Assembly: GCA_000092065.1 (NCBI GenBank)
Contig: CP000590.1
Direction: 5' to 3' (one strand)
Length of the DNA: 64,000 nucleotides
Origin: Ostreococcus lucimarinus
Taxonomy: Eukaryota
The position numbers and the translations under genes are program-made. The notes beneath the pieces were generated by a model that saw only the letters and a list, made by a program, of their open reading frames with translations, searched no databases and had not been told where the DNA came from. Shown in pieces: positions 44,044 through 54,700 of the stretch; positions within the stretch are counted from its first letter, which is position 1, and each line of letters opens with the position of its first letter.

Positions 44044-46965
44044 CTACATCGGATTTATGAGGCCGATTGGCTGAGTCTGGCCTAAGCGGCCGCGCGGAGG
44101 CGTCGGCGGACGATCGCGGTTGACGTCTTGCAGCCACAAGTTGTCGTCGATGCGGTCGGAGGGCGATAAAGACTCCATGGCGATCGGTGGTAACGGGTGG
44201 ATGAGCTTGGGGTATAACGTCAGATCGCGCCCTAACACCAGAATCGCTCCGGCGTTATTCGCGGTCCCGCAATAGTTTGTTGCGCTAAAGACGGTGAGCA
44301 GTTGTCCTTGGGCGAAACGCTCGAAACCGTCCATGACGCACTCGTGCGCGCGGATGATCATCTGGATCCCGTTCGTTTCGCAGAACGCCTTCACACGATC
44401 TGGCCCGAAAGTCACGAGACCTGGACCCCGCGCGTTCGGGCGTAAACCTTCGATACCATCGTTCTCTGTCGGGTCGCTCCAGAGAATGTCCATGAGCTCG
44501 ACGCCGCCGTTTTCCATGTTCAACGGTCGCTTCAGCTCATTGATTTGCGAGATGTGCGTCAAGCTACGGCCGATACCACCGTGCATGCAGCAAATACGAT
44601 CCTCGATGACGGCCGCAAGCGGGAGCCATTCGAACAACTCGTTGAATCTTCGCCAGACTGCGTCGCCCGCGGATTCGCCCAGACGCTCGACGCACTCGAT
44701 GCGGAATCCAAACAACGCATTGATGTCCGACTCTTCGTGGTTACCGCGAAGTAAATGCACAGCTTGCGGGTGCTCAATTTTCAGCGCGAGCAGCAGAGAA
44801 ATGGTCTCCAAGGAGTACGCACCGCGATCGACGTAGTCTCCCAAGAAAACGTAATCGATGTATGCGATGTCGCCCGCCGTCGATGGCGCGCCGTATTCGG
44901 CGAATAACCGCATCAAATCTCCAAACTGACCGTGCAGGTCGCCAAAGATTTTCGCCGGACCTTTCACCGTAAGTACGGTCTCTTCGTTCTTGAAACAATG
45001 CTCTGCGGCGTCGCATAACTCGTTGATGGCGCTCGCGCTAAGAAAGAATCGACGATCCGTGCTCGGCTCCCAGGTGTGCGGATGAAGCAAGTGCGTGAGC
45101 ACGGCCTTGTGCACGGGTTGCGCCCCGAGCTCAGCGGCGCGTCTCGCGCGCGCCATCTTCGCTGGAGTGTCTCCGGGGGTGAGCATATCCACACCGGGAG
45201 TACCGATGCGTCGCGCCTCGTTTTCAAACTGATCGATGGACAGCTGCCGCACCATGCTCGCGACGCCTCGCGGCGTTGACTTCGCGCCAGAATCTGGCGG
45301 CGCGGCGGCAACGACTACGGCACGATGATGTAACCTAACTTCCGACGCGGGCGTGCGTAGAGCCGATTCTGGGGAGCCGAAACGAGCGAATCCAGGCGAT
45401 GGCGTGTGCACGGACGATCCCGGAGAGCCAGAGTCAGATTCGCCCAACGAAAACTTTCTTCGAGCGACCAACTCGAGCGCGGCTGCCGCTTCTTGCGCGC
45501 TCGCCGCACGCAGCTCTTTCTCCGCAGCGGCGTTCATGTTGTCGGGCGAATCCGGGGACCCCGGCGAACCTCCGAGCGGTCGCAAGGCGATGCCCTCGGG
45601 AGACGAGGGCGAACTGAAGGATCCGTTTGAATACGTTGCGTCTCGTTGCGTGTTGATTGCGAACGAGTCTCGAACGTTTCTCGGCGAGTGCATTCCTAAT
45701 ATATCAGCCGACAGCCCGGTTTCACCGAGCCATTTACGCCAAGCCAAGGAATTCGGATCGATGAGAGTCGCGAGCTCTCGCGTGCGTTCGGCGCGCGTCG
45801 AACCGCTCTCTTGCGGCGGCTCTTCGAGCACGACCAAATCATCCAACAACGTTCCGTTTCTCAAACCACCGTGCACGAAAATGAATGGACCATACGCCAC
45901 ACTTGCATGGCGGCACCGTCGTCCGACGAGTGAGCTCGCGTCGTAGGAAAGCTGTGCCTTGCCCTCGGAACTCTTCGCGTCCCGCCATCCCGTGCTTCCA
46001 CCCGACGACGTGTCCAGCATCGACATCGTCGCTTCGTTCGTGACGAGCTGTCCCCCACCCGACGCCCCACCGGTGATGTGCAATCTCGTGTCCACGAATG
46101 CGGTCGCGTGCTGGTATCGACGCGTTGGTGCCTTGCCCGGCGCTTCGGCCCACTCCCAACGCCCGTCGCGGTGCCTAGCCAAACCGTACGCGTCATTCAG
46201 CGCGAAACCGTCCGCACCGCGGCCACCGCAGAGCAGCAACAGACCATCGCTTCGAGTACTCGCGCTCGCGTACGTTCTCGCGCTCGGCACGGGCCCACTC
46301 GGCGCGCACTTGGTCCATTCGTACGGTTTCGTCGTCGTGTCCAACACCCACGTATCGTCCAAGCACTTCGAACCGTCCGTCCCCCCGATCACCACCAAAA
46401 ATCTCTGCGCCACGAAACTCAACACGTGCGCGTATCGTTGCCCCGGACCTTGCCCCCGCACGTGCACGCGGTGCCACTTCGGGTCCCTCGTCGCTAAATC
46501 CAACACGTACAAATCTTCATCCGCCAACCCGTCCGGCCCGATGCCGCCGAGCACGACGAGCATCCCTCCCACCGTGGCCGCCCCGTGCGCCGCCCGCGGG
46601 CTCGGCACGTCACCGCCGCACTCCAACTTCCCCCACTCCCCGTTAAACGGGTCCAAGACGTGCAATTCATTCGTCGCGCCGCTCAGCTTGACCCACGCGC
46701 CCGCGTCTCGACCCGCCTGCGGGCTCAACCCCACGTTCGCGCTCGCGTTCGCCCCGCTTCCGCCCTCGAGCTCGGTCGCACCCCCGAACGTGACTATCTT
46801 CGTCTTTTGATTCCATCGCAGCGCCGTCATCGTGTGTCCACAGCGCGCGCCCGGCGCCGAAGACGTCGCGAACGTTTTCGAGTCATTCGCGAACGTCGAC
46901 GCGTTATTCGTCGCGTCCGCGAACCCAGCGCGCGATCGCGTCGCGTCGAACGGCGCGGCGAGCAT
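44044..46965 (-). CDS. BSL: Kelch-repeat Ser/Thr protein phosphatase (BSU1/BSL, PPKL type)
   Basis: N-terminal kelch blades (PSPRAAHGAA, HVRGQGPGQRYAHV...) and a C-terminal PP1-like catalytic core GDLHGQFGDLMRLF, LGDYVDRG, LRGNHE. The ORF-track start at 47037 is TTG; the first ATG is 46965. Confidence 0.92.
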   Translation of the reverse strand: MLAAPFDATRSRAGFADATNNASTFANDSKTFATSSAPGARCGHTMTALRWNQKTKIVTFGGATELEGGSGANASANVGLSPQAGRDAGAWVKLSGATNELHVLDPFNGEWGKLECGGDVPSPRAAHGAATVGGMLVVLGGIGPDGLADEDLYVLDLATRDPKWHRVHVRGQGPGQRYAHVLSFVAQRFLVVIGGTDGSKCLDDTWVLDTTTKPYEWTKCAPSGPVPSARTYASASTRSDGLLLLCGGRGADGFALNDAYGLARHRDGRWEWAEAPGKAPTRRYQHATAFVDTRLHITGGASGGGQLVTNEATMSMLDTSSGGSTGWRDAKSSEGKAQLSYDASSLVGRRCRHASVAYGPFIFVHGGLRNGTLLDDLVVLEEPPQESGSTRAERTRELATLIDPNSLAWRKWLGETGLSADILGMHSPRNVRDSFAINTQRDATYSNGSFSSPSSPEGIALRPLGGSPGSPDSPDNMNAAAEKELRAASAQEAAAALELVARRKFSLGESDSGSPGSSVHTPSPGFARFGSPESALRTPASEVRLHHRAVVVAAAPPDSGAKSTPRGVASMVRQLSIDQFENEARRIGTPGVDMLTPGDTPAKMARARRAAELGAQPVHKAVLTHLLHPHTWEPSTDRRFFLSASAINELCDAAEHCFKNEETVLTVKGPAKIFGDLHGQFGDLMRLFAEYGAPSTAGDIAYIDYVFLGDYVDRGAYSLETISLLLALKIEHPQAVHLLRGNHEESDINALFGFRIECVERLGESAGDAVWRRFNELFEWLPLAAVIEDRICCMHGGIGRSLTHISQINELKRPLNMENGGVELMDILWSDPTENDGIEGLRPNARGPGLVTFGPDRVKAFCETNGIQMIIRAHECVMDGFERFAQGQLLTVFSATNYCGTANNAGAILVLGRDLTLYPKLIHPLPPIAMESLSPSDRIDDNLWLQDVNRDRPPTPPRGRLGQTQPIGLINPM

Positions 46966-47091
46966 TCTTCGCCCTCTGCGCGCCCGCGCGACGCGCAGTT
47001 CGCCGCTCGCGCGTCGTTCTGACGCGCAGTCGTTCAAGATTTTTGAATTTCAACGACGCGCGCGCGACAGTCGCGGCACTCGCGCGCGCGC

Positions 47092-48942
47092 ATGCCGCCG
47101 GCGACGCGGTCGCCGCTCGACGCGATCGCGCGAAACGTCGACATGCGCGCCTCGGCGCTGAGCGCGGTGGAGAAGTTGGCGCTCGAGGCCGACGCGACGG
47201 CGCTGTCGCCGATCGACGTCGCGCGCGCGCCGCGCGTCGAGACGACTCGCGCGCGCGAGAGCGACGCGACGGCGCGCGAGAGCGACGCGAACGCGCGCGA
47301 GGACGACGCGCGCGAGGACGACGCGGACGAGGCGTCGACGGCGACGACGGAGTATCGAGAGACGGTGGCGCTGCTGCGCGCGCAGACGACGGCGCTGCGC
47401 GAGGCGAACGAAGCGCGCGAGGAGCTCGAGGAAGCGCTTCGCGAGGCGGAGACGACGAAGGCGACGCTCGAGGGCGACGCGCTGGAGCGAATGCGCGCGG
47501 TGCGGGGAGAGATGGAATCGCTTCGCGCGACGCTGGAGGAGGTGGTGGAGAGTCGGCGACGCGCGCGAGAGGGGGAGGCGAACGCGGTGGCGCGAGCGAA
47601 GGCGTCGGAGGAGACGCTCGCGCGCGAGAGGGAATCGCACGAGCGCGCGGTGGAGGAAATGCGCGCGGAGCTGGCGCTCGCGCGGTCGAGCGCGGAAATC
47701 GCGGCTCGAGGCGTGCGAACGAAGGACGGCGTCGAAGTCACCGCGGAGCTGTACGAACAGTCGCACTCGATGGAAAAGAAGGCGTTGAAGGATGCGCAGC
47801 GGGCCAAAAACGCGCTCGTGGAGCAGAAGAAAACGCTCGAGGCGCTGGAGAAGCGATTGCGCGACACGAGGTCGCGCGCGGATTTAGCCGAAGCCAAGTG
47901 CCGAGAATTGAAATCGGCGCAAAAACGATGGGATCGATTGGAAGCCGGTGGTGATAACGCGTTCGCACAGTCCCCTGCCTCGGCAGCTACGCCGCGGACG
48001 CTGCGACAGAGCCATCGCGACGTGCGGGCGTACGCCGCCCAGCGCGTGGAGGCGTTGGAGAAGGATGTCAAGACGACGCGGCGCGAAGCTACGCTAGCGA
48101 CTGCGGATTTAGATTCAAAGTTAGCCGCCGAGTCAGGCACGCGTAGCGCTGTGCAAGGAAGCTTGGAGAGCGCACGCGCGCGTATCCGCGTGCTCGAAGG
48201 TGAGCGTGATGCGTTGCGAGCGCGCGCCGAGGCGGCAGAGACTGAGGTCGCAGATTTGAAGATGACGCTCAAGTTGACGGAGGAACGCGCGGCGCAAGCG
48301 GAGGAAACGGCGGCGAAAGAAATCGCGGCGGCTATGGACGCGATGCACCGAGTTCATTCGGCAGAAGACGCCCTGATGTCCGCCTCGCACCAGCAAGAGG
48401 AGGCGGTCAAGGCGAAAAGTGCAATGAAGCGGCGCGAATACGGAGAGAAGACGCGTGAGCTCGAGGAACGCATCGAAGCCGCTGAACGGGCGCGCGATGC
48501 CGCAGCGCAACGCGCACAAGTGGCGGAGGATGCACGCAGACGCGCCGAGTCCGAACTTGCGCGCGCGCAGACGAGCACAGCGCGCGACGGCGACGGCGCC
48601 GACGTCCGCGAACGAATTTGCGCCGCCGAGGACAGAGCGCTTCGCGCCGAGGAAGAGCTCTCTCAAGTCCGTAAAGCCGCGCGCGATGCCGCGCGCAACG
48701 CAAACGAATCCATCTCGCCGTCGCCCGAACGCGTGGCGCACCGACCACCGTTCTCGCAATCGCGACCGACTCGTCTTGCGCGCGAGCGCGACGGCCAACG
48801 CGCCGCCGCCGCCGAGCTCCTGCACAGCCTTCGCGCCAAACTCGAGGCCAGTTCCCCGTCGATCGGGCAGAAGTCGAAAAGTAGATTCACGGATGCCGAT
48901 CACGACGACGCCTCGTACGCTACGCCCGTGAAACGGGCTTGA
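47092..48942 (+). CDS. Long coiled-coil protein (E/A/R-rich heptad-like sequence), family unknown
   Basis: A 616-codon ORF from ATG 47092 with continuous E/A/R/L-rich helical repeats (e.g. ALREANEAREELEEALREAETTKATLEGDALERM). The opposite-strand 412-aa ORF is S/A-rich and looks like its mirror artefact. Confidence 0.5.
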   Translation: MPPATRSPLDAIARNVDMRASALSAVEKLALEADATALSPIDVARAPRVETTRARESDATARESDANAREDDAREDDADEASTATTEYRETVALLRAQTTALREANEAREELEEALREAETTKATLEGDALERMRAVRGEMESLRATLEEVVESRRRAREGEANAVARAKASEETLARERESHERAVEEMRAELALARSSAEIAARGVRTKDGVEVTAELYEQSHSMEKKALKDAQRAKNALVEQKKTLEALEKRLRDTRSRADLAEAKCRELKSAQKRWDRLEAGGDNAFAQSPASAATPRTLRQSHRDVRAYAAQRVEALEKDVKTTRREATLATADLDSKLAAESGTRSAVQGSLESARARIRVLEGERDALRARAEAAETEVADLKMTLKLTEERAAQAEETAAKEIAAAMDAMHRVHSAEDALMSASHQQEEAVKAKSAMKRREYGEKTRELEERIEAAERARDAAAQRAQVAEDARRRAESELARAQTSTARDGDGADVRERICAAEDRALRAEEELSQVRKAARDAARNANESISPSPERVAHRPPFSQSRPTRLARERDGQRAAAAELLHSLRAKLEASSPSIGQKSKSRFTDADHDDASYATPVKRA

Positions 48943-49016
48943 TAGATATTTAATGTACCAACTCCCGACTCCCAGCGACCTCGACCGCCACTCCGCGGCT
49001 CGCACGTCTCCCAACC

Positions 49017-49913
49017 ATGCGCCTGGATCTCGCCCGCGTCGCCAGATTCGCCCAGCGCACGACGGGCGACGCTTCGGACGCGACGCCGAGTCGTCACACC
49101 ACTCCAGCGCGGCGTAAAACAATTTCAATGACGCTCATGGCCATCGTGCACGGCTTTGGATTACTCACCTTAACCGTCCCGGAAAACGATCTCACGGCGA
49201 ACGGGTTCGACAACAGCACCGCGCGTACGCTCCTCGCGCTGTTTGCGTTCGATGTCGTCGCGTACTGGCGCGTGCTCGGAAGCGATCCCGGATACGTGGA
49301 CGCGAGCGAGGACGCGAACGACGACGCCGAGGACGGCGAGCGACGCGCGTGCGAAAAATGCGCCGGCGCGCGCGTGCCGCTGCGAGCGAAACACTGTCAC
49401 GTGTGCGAAAGATGCGTGCGAAAATTTGATCATCACTGCTTTTGGGTCGGGACGTGCGTGGGCGAGCGGAACCACGGACGGTTTTGGTGGTTTTTGTTGG
49501 CGCAGTCGTGCGTCGCGGCGCACGCGTGTTGGATCGCGGTCACGGGCGTCGTGGGAGCGACGGTGAATCACGCGACGTGGTTCGATGTCTGGCGTGATAA
49601 CGCGTGGAGTGCGATGGCGTGCGGATACACGCAAATGATGACGCTGTTTGTGGGATTTTTATTCGTGTTTCACAGTTATTTATTGCTCAGCGGGCAGACG
49701 ACGTGGGAGGTGAGCAGCGAGCAGCGGGTGACGTATTTGCGGTCTTTACCGCGCGGGAGCAAGCCATTTGACGAGGGTGCGATCGAAAACGCGCGCACGG
49801 CGTGTTTTCCGAGAAAGATTCCCAAAACTTGGCGCATTCCGAGTGTAGAAACGTTGCAGGCTCGAGAAAACGAGCAAACCTTCTTCCAAAACGATCACTA
49901 TAGCTGCTTCTAG
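49017..49913 (+). CDS. DHHC-type protein S-acyltransferase
   Basis: [42 protein letters not shown] flanked by TM segments. An alternative start lies at the downstream MTLMAIV methionine (about 110 nt downstream of ATG 49017). Confidence 0.85.
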   Translation: MRLDLARVARFAQRTTGDASDATPSRHTTPARRKTISMTLMAIVHGFGLLTLTVPENDLTANGFDNSTARTLLALFAFDVVAYWRVLGSDPGYVDASEDANDDAEDGERRACEKCAGARVPLRAKHCHVCERCVRKFDHHCFWVGTCVGERNHGRFWWFLLAQSCVAAHACWIAVTGVVGATVNHATWFDVWRDNAWSAMACGYTQMMTLFVGFLFVFHSYLLLSGQTTWEVSSEQRVTYLRSLPRGSKPFDEGAIENARTACFPRKIPKTWRIPSVETLQARENEQTFFQNDHYSCF

Positions 49914-49936
49914 ATTTGCTTGTATTGCATAGACTT

Positions 49937-51025
49937 TTAGCCTTGAAAGAATGTGTGCTTCGAGGGTTCGCTCGGAACGTATTCTATCGGCCCGACGACG
50001 ACGGCGGCTTCGGGCAACGGCGCGCCAGGTGACGGGATCTTTTGAAAGAAGACCACCTCGTTCTCTTTGACAGCTTTCGCTGCGAGTGCGGCCACACGCG
50101 AGGCGAGCTCGCCGTGATACGTCGCCCACGAGACGATTTCTCCGGAGGCCTGCGCGCAATCGCGCACGGCTTCCTCCGCGCGCCTACACGCTGCGATGAC
50201 TTCGCCGCACTCGTCCGCAGCGCGCCGCGCCTCGGCGTGCGCGAGAAATGCCTCCGCTTCGTGCGTCTTCCAAGCTACCAGCACGCCGGCCGTCAAAAAT
50301 ATGTCCACGCCGTTCCAATCGCATCGACGCGACTGCAACACCGCGTTGGCATCGCGGTACAACTCGCTCGCGCCGCGATGCAGCCGCGCGCGCAAATTCG
50401 CCGCGCTTCCGCGTTCGAGCGCTCGCCGACACGCCGCGCCCTGCGCGTCACCGAGCGAAATCAACGTCATCACCTCCGCCATCGACGCCGTGAGTTCATT
50501 CGCCACGCATTCACCATCCAACGACGCCTTCAGCGGCGGCAAAACCGTCTCCTGCAAGTGCTTGAACATCCCCGCCGCGACTCTCGCGTTCTTCGAGCAG
50601 CTCGCCGCGCCCGCGTCGCCCAATCCTCCCTCCGCCATCCGCGCCGCCGTCTCTCGCGCGCAAAGTCTTCTGTGACACGACGCGAGTCCAAACAGCGCGA
50701 ACGCGCGCTCGCCGGCCAATCCCGGCGCCGGATACGACCTCGCCTCGCGTCCGCTCTCGAGCGTCGACGCCCATCGCGCCGTCGGCCCCTCCCCGCGGTC
50801 CAGCGCCTCCAGCGCGCCCTCCGCCTCCGTGATCACGTCCACGTATCGCTCGTACTTGCGCCTTCCGACGTCCGCGTCCGCGTGCGCCGCCGCGTGCGCG
50901 CACGACGCGCGCGCGGCGTTCAACGCGCGAAGTCGTTGGAACGCGAGCGAATCCGCGGCGCCGTCGGCGACGAACTCGATCGCCTCGGGCGTCAGCGCGC
51001 GCGCGTAGTCGATCGGCAGGAACAT
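49937..51025 (-). CDS. BRO1-domain protein (BROX-like)
   Basis: From ATG 51025: AAGMFKHLQETVLPPL and KENEVVFFQKIPSPGAPLPE parallel the BROX blocks AAGIFKHLKESHLPKL and ENGFIYFQKIPTEAPQLE. The 445 codons upstream in the same ORF are R/P-rich low complexity. Confidence 0.75.
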   Translation of the reverse strand: MFLPIDYARALTPEAIEFVADGAADSLAFQRLRALNAARASCAHAAAHADADVGRRKYERYVDVITEAEGALEALDRGEGPTARWASTLESGREARSYPAPGLAGERAFALFGLASCHRRLCARETAARMAEGGLGDAGAASCSKNARVAAGMFKHLQETVLPPLKASLDGECVANELTASMAEVMTLISLGDAQGAACRRALERGSAANLRARLHRGASELYRDANAVLQSRRCDWNGVDIFLTAGVLVAWKTHEAEAFLAHAEARRAADECGEVIAACRRAEEAVRDCAQASGEIVSWATYHGELASRVAALAAKAVKENEVVFFQKIPSPGAPLPEAAVVVGPIEYVPSEPSKHTFFQG

Positions 51026-51108
51026 CTCGCGCGTCGTCGCGCGCGCGCGCGAGGGCCCGACGCGCCGTCGCGGCGCGCGGCGCGAGATGGCGTCGGACGG
51101 CGCGCGCG

Positions 51109-52260
51109 ATGCATCGAACTTTCGCCGCACCGCGACGCGCGCGCGGCGCGCGACGCGCGCGCGCGATGACGCGCGAATCACCCGCGACGGCGTCGACGTC
51201 CGCGCGCGCGTTTCTGCGCGGCGGCGCGTTCGAGCGCGCGGTGGCGACGCGTTCTTGGCCGTTTTTGGGCCTCTTCGCCGCGCGCGACGACGACGACGCG
51301 CGCGACGACGACGACGCGCGCGGCGAGGACGACGCGCGCGACGACGACGACGTCGCGAAAGTCGAGACCGTCGCGCGCGCGTCGCTCGATGGGCGCGTCG
51401 CGTACGATAAAGCGGCGTTGCTGCGACTTCGGGACGCGGCGGCGTCGAGCGGGACGCCGCCGGGCGCGACGGAGGAAGACATGCGGGCGTACCCTTGGCG
51501 CGCGCGCGTGGATGTGGGTCAAGGCGCGAGCGAGGTCGAGAATGACGCGGAGGAAGACGCGGTGACGGCGGCGGCGACGGCGAGGGTGGTGATGGAGACG
51601 GAGGCGGTCGCGCGCGCGCGGTCGGCGTGGCGCGAGCGGGAGACGTTCGAGGCGGACGCGGAACAGGCGGCGGTGGCGTTGAGGCGGGTGTTGGCGCGCG
51701 AATCGGAAGGTGACGGTGATGCGGTGAGCGAGGGTTATCGGGTGACGTTTCGCGACGGCGCCGTGCGGGCGTTCGTGCGAAAGCTGACGCGCGAACGGTT
51801 CGGCGATTTGTCGGCGGCGGATTTGGATCTTCGCGAGACGTCGCGAGAAGGAGAGACAGCGGTTTTGTACGGCACGCGAAGGCTCGCGGAAGACGGCGCG
51901 TACGAAGTGAGCGTGGCGTTCGTACATCCGTGGGATGGTGAACTCGAGCACGTGGTTTCGTGGCTCTCAAAACCGGCGGACGATTCGGAAACCGTCGTCT
52001 CGCCCGTGGGTTGGCTTCGCGCGAACGCCAGTCTCGGCGCCAGTTTACCCCCGAACGCGAAACGTGCGTACGACGACATCGCCACTGGTCGTGGCGATGC
52101 GCATGTGAACGTCTCAGCCGCGCGATTGTTTGTCGCGCTCGACGTCTCGACGAGCGCGTGCGGCCCTTTGGTGATGGAGTGTTACGATTTAGAATCGCGC
52201 GCGGGCGTAGAGTACTTCCTCGGGGGTGCCGACGCGGCGGAGCACGACGAGGATTATTAG
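51109..52260 (+). CDS. Hypothetical protein (acidic DDDDAR repeats; contains a Y-x4-L-L motif)
   Basis: ATG 51109 (or 51166). The C-terminal two thirds has ordinary globular composition and G/C-biased third positions. No family recognised. Confidence 0.4.
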   Translation: MHRTFAAPRRARGARRARAMTRESPATASTSARAFLRGGAFERAVATRSWPFLGLFAARDDDDARDDDDARGEDDARDDDDVAKVETVARASLDGRVAYDKAALLRLRDAAASSGTPPGATEEDMRAYPWRARVDVGQGASEVENDAEEDAVTAAATARVVMETEAVARARSAWRERETFEADAEQAAVALRRVLARESEGDGDAVSEGYRVTFRDGAVRAFVRKLTRERFGDLSAADLDLRETSREGETAVLYGTRRLAEDGAYEVSVAFVHPWDGELEHVVSWLSKPADDSETVVSPVGWLRANASLGASLPPNAKRAYDDIATGRGDAHVNVSAARLFVALDVSTSACGPLVMECYDLESRAGVEYFLGGADAAEHDEDY

Positions 52261-52341
52261 CGAGATAGCTCGATAGGCTTTTGCAACGTGAATGACAACG
52301 ATTATTATATGCGTGCGCAGTACGGAGACGAACATCGTTGT

Positions 52342-53616
52342 CTAGTCGTCGATACCACACTTCAAGTTGGCTGGGAGCGACTCGTCGATTTTCTTTGGGT
52401 ACGCCAAATTCAAGTTGCTCATGATTTCTACGAACTCCTCTTTGGTCTTCTTCAACCCTAATCGCGGGTTGAGCTCTTTTTCCTCACCGATCGTACTCAC
52501 CATACGCCCCTTGTAGTCGTGCGCTGGATACACGAGCGTCTCGTCGGGGAGTTCGAAGAGTTGAGTGCGCACCGAGTCGTATAGTTTTTCGCTCGAACCA
52601 CCTTGGAAATCGGTTCGACCGCATCCACGAATGAGTAACGCGTCGCCCGTGAAGACCATATTATCGCACACGTAGCTCACGCATCCGTCGGTGTGCCCCG
52701 GAGTCGCGCGGACTTCCAAGTTGATGACGTTGGAATCGGCGCCGAAAGAAATCACGTCGCCGTGCTTGATGTGCACGTCTGCGCGCGCGCCTGAAGACTC
52801 TGCGATGACGCTTTGCAGACCGGTGACTTTCGCCTTCAAATCACCGCTGCCCGTGATGTGATCGGCGTGGCAGTGCGTGTTGATGGCGTACTTGAGCTTC
52901 AAGCCCAAATCGTTGACAACCGCCAAATCACGGTCCACCATCTCCTTCAACGGATCGATTAACACCGCCTCCTTGCTCACCGGGTCCCCCAATAAGTACG
53001 TGTACGTCGAGCTCCCGCTTGTGTCGAACAACTGTCGGAAAATCAACCCTGCATCCGGGCGCAACCCCTCGCGCACGAAATCCGCCAACGGCGGCTTGGA
53101 GAAAAACTTCAAGTCCATCGCTCTCGCGCGTTGCAACGCCCCCGCCTGCGGCCATCGCTGCTCGCGAGCCTTGAACAGTATATACGCCATACTCGCTCGC
53201 GTTGCCGTCGAGCACTGCACCATCGTCGGTCGCGGTAACGCCTCCATGGCGTCCGCCAGCTTCTTCGCCAAGCCTCGCGTGAGCGTCGCGCCCTCCACGA
53301 CGAATTGTTTAAACCCATCGCCGAGCGCTTTCTTCGCCGCCGCCGGAAACGCGGCGTCGCTCTCGGCGTTCATGTATATCCACGACTTGAACTCACCCTC
53401 GCTCAGCGCTCGATCGACGTCCGCGGCGGAGAGATCGCCGACGAGCGTGATTCGTTCGCTCGAGAATTCTCGCGCGTGCGGTAAGTCGAGCGGCATCGTC
53501 CGCGTGAGACGACGCAGAAGCGCGAACGGGGGCCGGGAGACTCGAAACGAGACACCGCGAGGGTTCGTCGAGGGGCTGGATGCGAGTCGTGAGCACAGGG
53601 ACGCCGTGACGCGCAT
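52342..53616 (-). CDS. ETHE1: Persulfide (sulfur) dioxygenase ETHE1-type metallo-beta-lactamase with an N-terminal DUF442/PTP-like domain
   Basis: C-terminal half: [55 protein letters not shown]-terminal ~170 residues: ...[16 protein letters not shown], a Cys-x4-Arg loop as in DUF442-type domains. ATG 53616 with a transit-peptide-like leader. Confidence 0.85.
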   Translation of the reverse strand: MRVTASLCSRLASSPSTNPRGVSFRVSRPPFALLRRLTRTMPLDLPHAREFSSERITLVGDLSAADVDRALSEGEFKSWIYMNAESDAAFPAAAKKALGDGFKQFVVEGATLTRGLAKKLADAMEALPRPTMVQCSTATRASMAYILFKAREQRWPQAGALQRARAMDLKFFSKPPLADFVREGLRPDAGLIFRQLFDTSGSSTYTYLLGDPVSKEAVLIDPLKEMVDRDLAVVNDLGLKLKYAINTHCHADHITGSGDLKAKVTGLQSVIAESSGARADVHIKHGDVISFGADSNVINLEVRATPGHTDGCVSYVCDNMVFTGDALLIRGCGRTDFQGGSSEKLYDSVRTQLFELPDETLVYPAHDYKGRMVSTIGEEKELNPRLGLKKTKEEFVEIMSNLNLAYPKKIDESLPANLKCGIDD

Positions 53617-53893
53617 GGGTGTGCCTGTGGCGCGCGATGGCGCGTCCGGGCGGCACCGCAGTCGGCACCGAGATGTGGAATCGACGCCGAGGGCGAGTTC
53701 GCGAGCGCGAGAGCGCGGCACGCGATCGACGGCGCGCGAAAACCAAACGACACGAGAGGAAGGGTAAAACGCGATGGAACGAGAACGAGAACGAGCGAAC
53801 GCGAGAGCGGTCGACGCGACGGCGCGCGCGCCGAGGCGCGGAAACGACTACGTGTTCGACGGTCGGCCACCACAAAACTAAACTTAACCGCGC

Positions 53894-54388
53894 CTACACC
53901 GCGCGCATCAACAGATAAATCCTATCATCGATCTCAATCTCCTGCAAATTCTTCGGATCGGCCTTCAAGTTCATCAATAATCCACCGAAGGAGATGTACG
54001 CGCTCGCGCGAGTCAATCCTCCCGCGTTTTCGTCGACCTTTTTGTAACACTTCCCGTACATCACGTACTCGTACCCATCCGCCAGCGACGGCTTCCCGCT
54101 CTGATCGAACGCGTCGTCTTCCGGAGTTCCATCCAGCGACAGCGTCGGCGCGAGCGCCAGGGAGAATCTCTGTCCGACCGTCAACGGGTACACGTCGACG
54201 TTGACGTCGATCGTGAGCTCTGCGTCGAATTCGCTTCGGCACTTGTACCTCGACACGCGATCGAATTTCTTTCCATCCGGATCGCGATCGATGACTTCAA
54301 ACATATCCTCGTACTTCGTCGCCCCCCCCGCGGTGGCTTTCTGCGCCGTCGCCGCCGCGGCGGCGGATTTCTTTTTACTTCCCGCCAT
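53894..54388 (-). CDS. RPB8: RNA polymerases I/II/III common subunit RPB8 (RPABC3)
   Basis: From ATG 54388: DMFEVIDRDPDGKKFDRVSRYKCRSEFDAELTIDVNVDVYPL...YVMYGKCYK...ISFGGLLMNLKADP. Confidence 0.9.
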   Translation of the reverse strand: MAGSKKKSAAAAATAQKATAGGATKYEDMFEVIDRDPDGKKFDRVSRYKCRSEFDAELTIDVNVDVYPLTVGQRFSLALAPTLSLDGTPEDDAFDQSGKPSLADGYEYVMYGKCYKKVDENAGGLTRASAYISFGGLLMNLKADPKNLQEIEIDDRIYLLMRAV

Positions 54389-54700
54389 GCGCGTCGTTGA
54401 TTCTCGTGCCGCGTTCCGCGCGACGCCGGCGTTCGCGCCTCGACGATCGCGCGCTTCGAGCGCGACGACGCGACGCGGCCGCCTTCGCGCGACGCTCGAC
54501 GTTCGCGCGGGCGGTCGCGCGCGAGAGTGCGGTCGCGGTCGCGGCGCGGAATCTCGCAGGGTTACGGCGACGCCCACCCGCGCAAACAGTGCGACACCGA
54601 CGACGCCGACCGCGCGCCCGTTTTTCGCGCGTTTTTCGTCGCGAAAAACCGGCACCGACGCGCGGTCGCGTCACACCGCGACGCGCGACGCGAACGCACC

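Noticed and set aside
47034-48272. 412-aa minus-strand S/A-rich ORF
   Set aside because: It is the mirror image of the E/A/R coiled-coil ORF on the plus strand (GAG/GCG codons read as CTC/CGC), and it lacks structure-like periodicity.
51026-52360. N-terminal 445 codons of the 807-aa minus-strand ORF (would extend the BROX-like gene)
   Set aside because: The sequence is R/P/S-rich low complexity with no BRO1 similarity. BRO1-like sequence begins right at ATG 51025, and the plus-strand ORF 51109-52260 has more protein-like composition.
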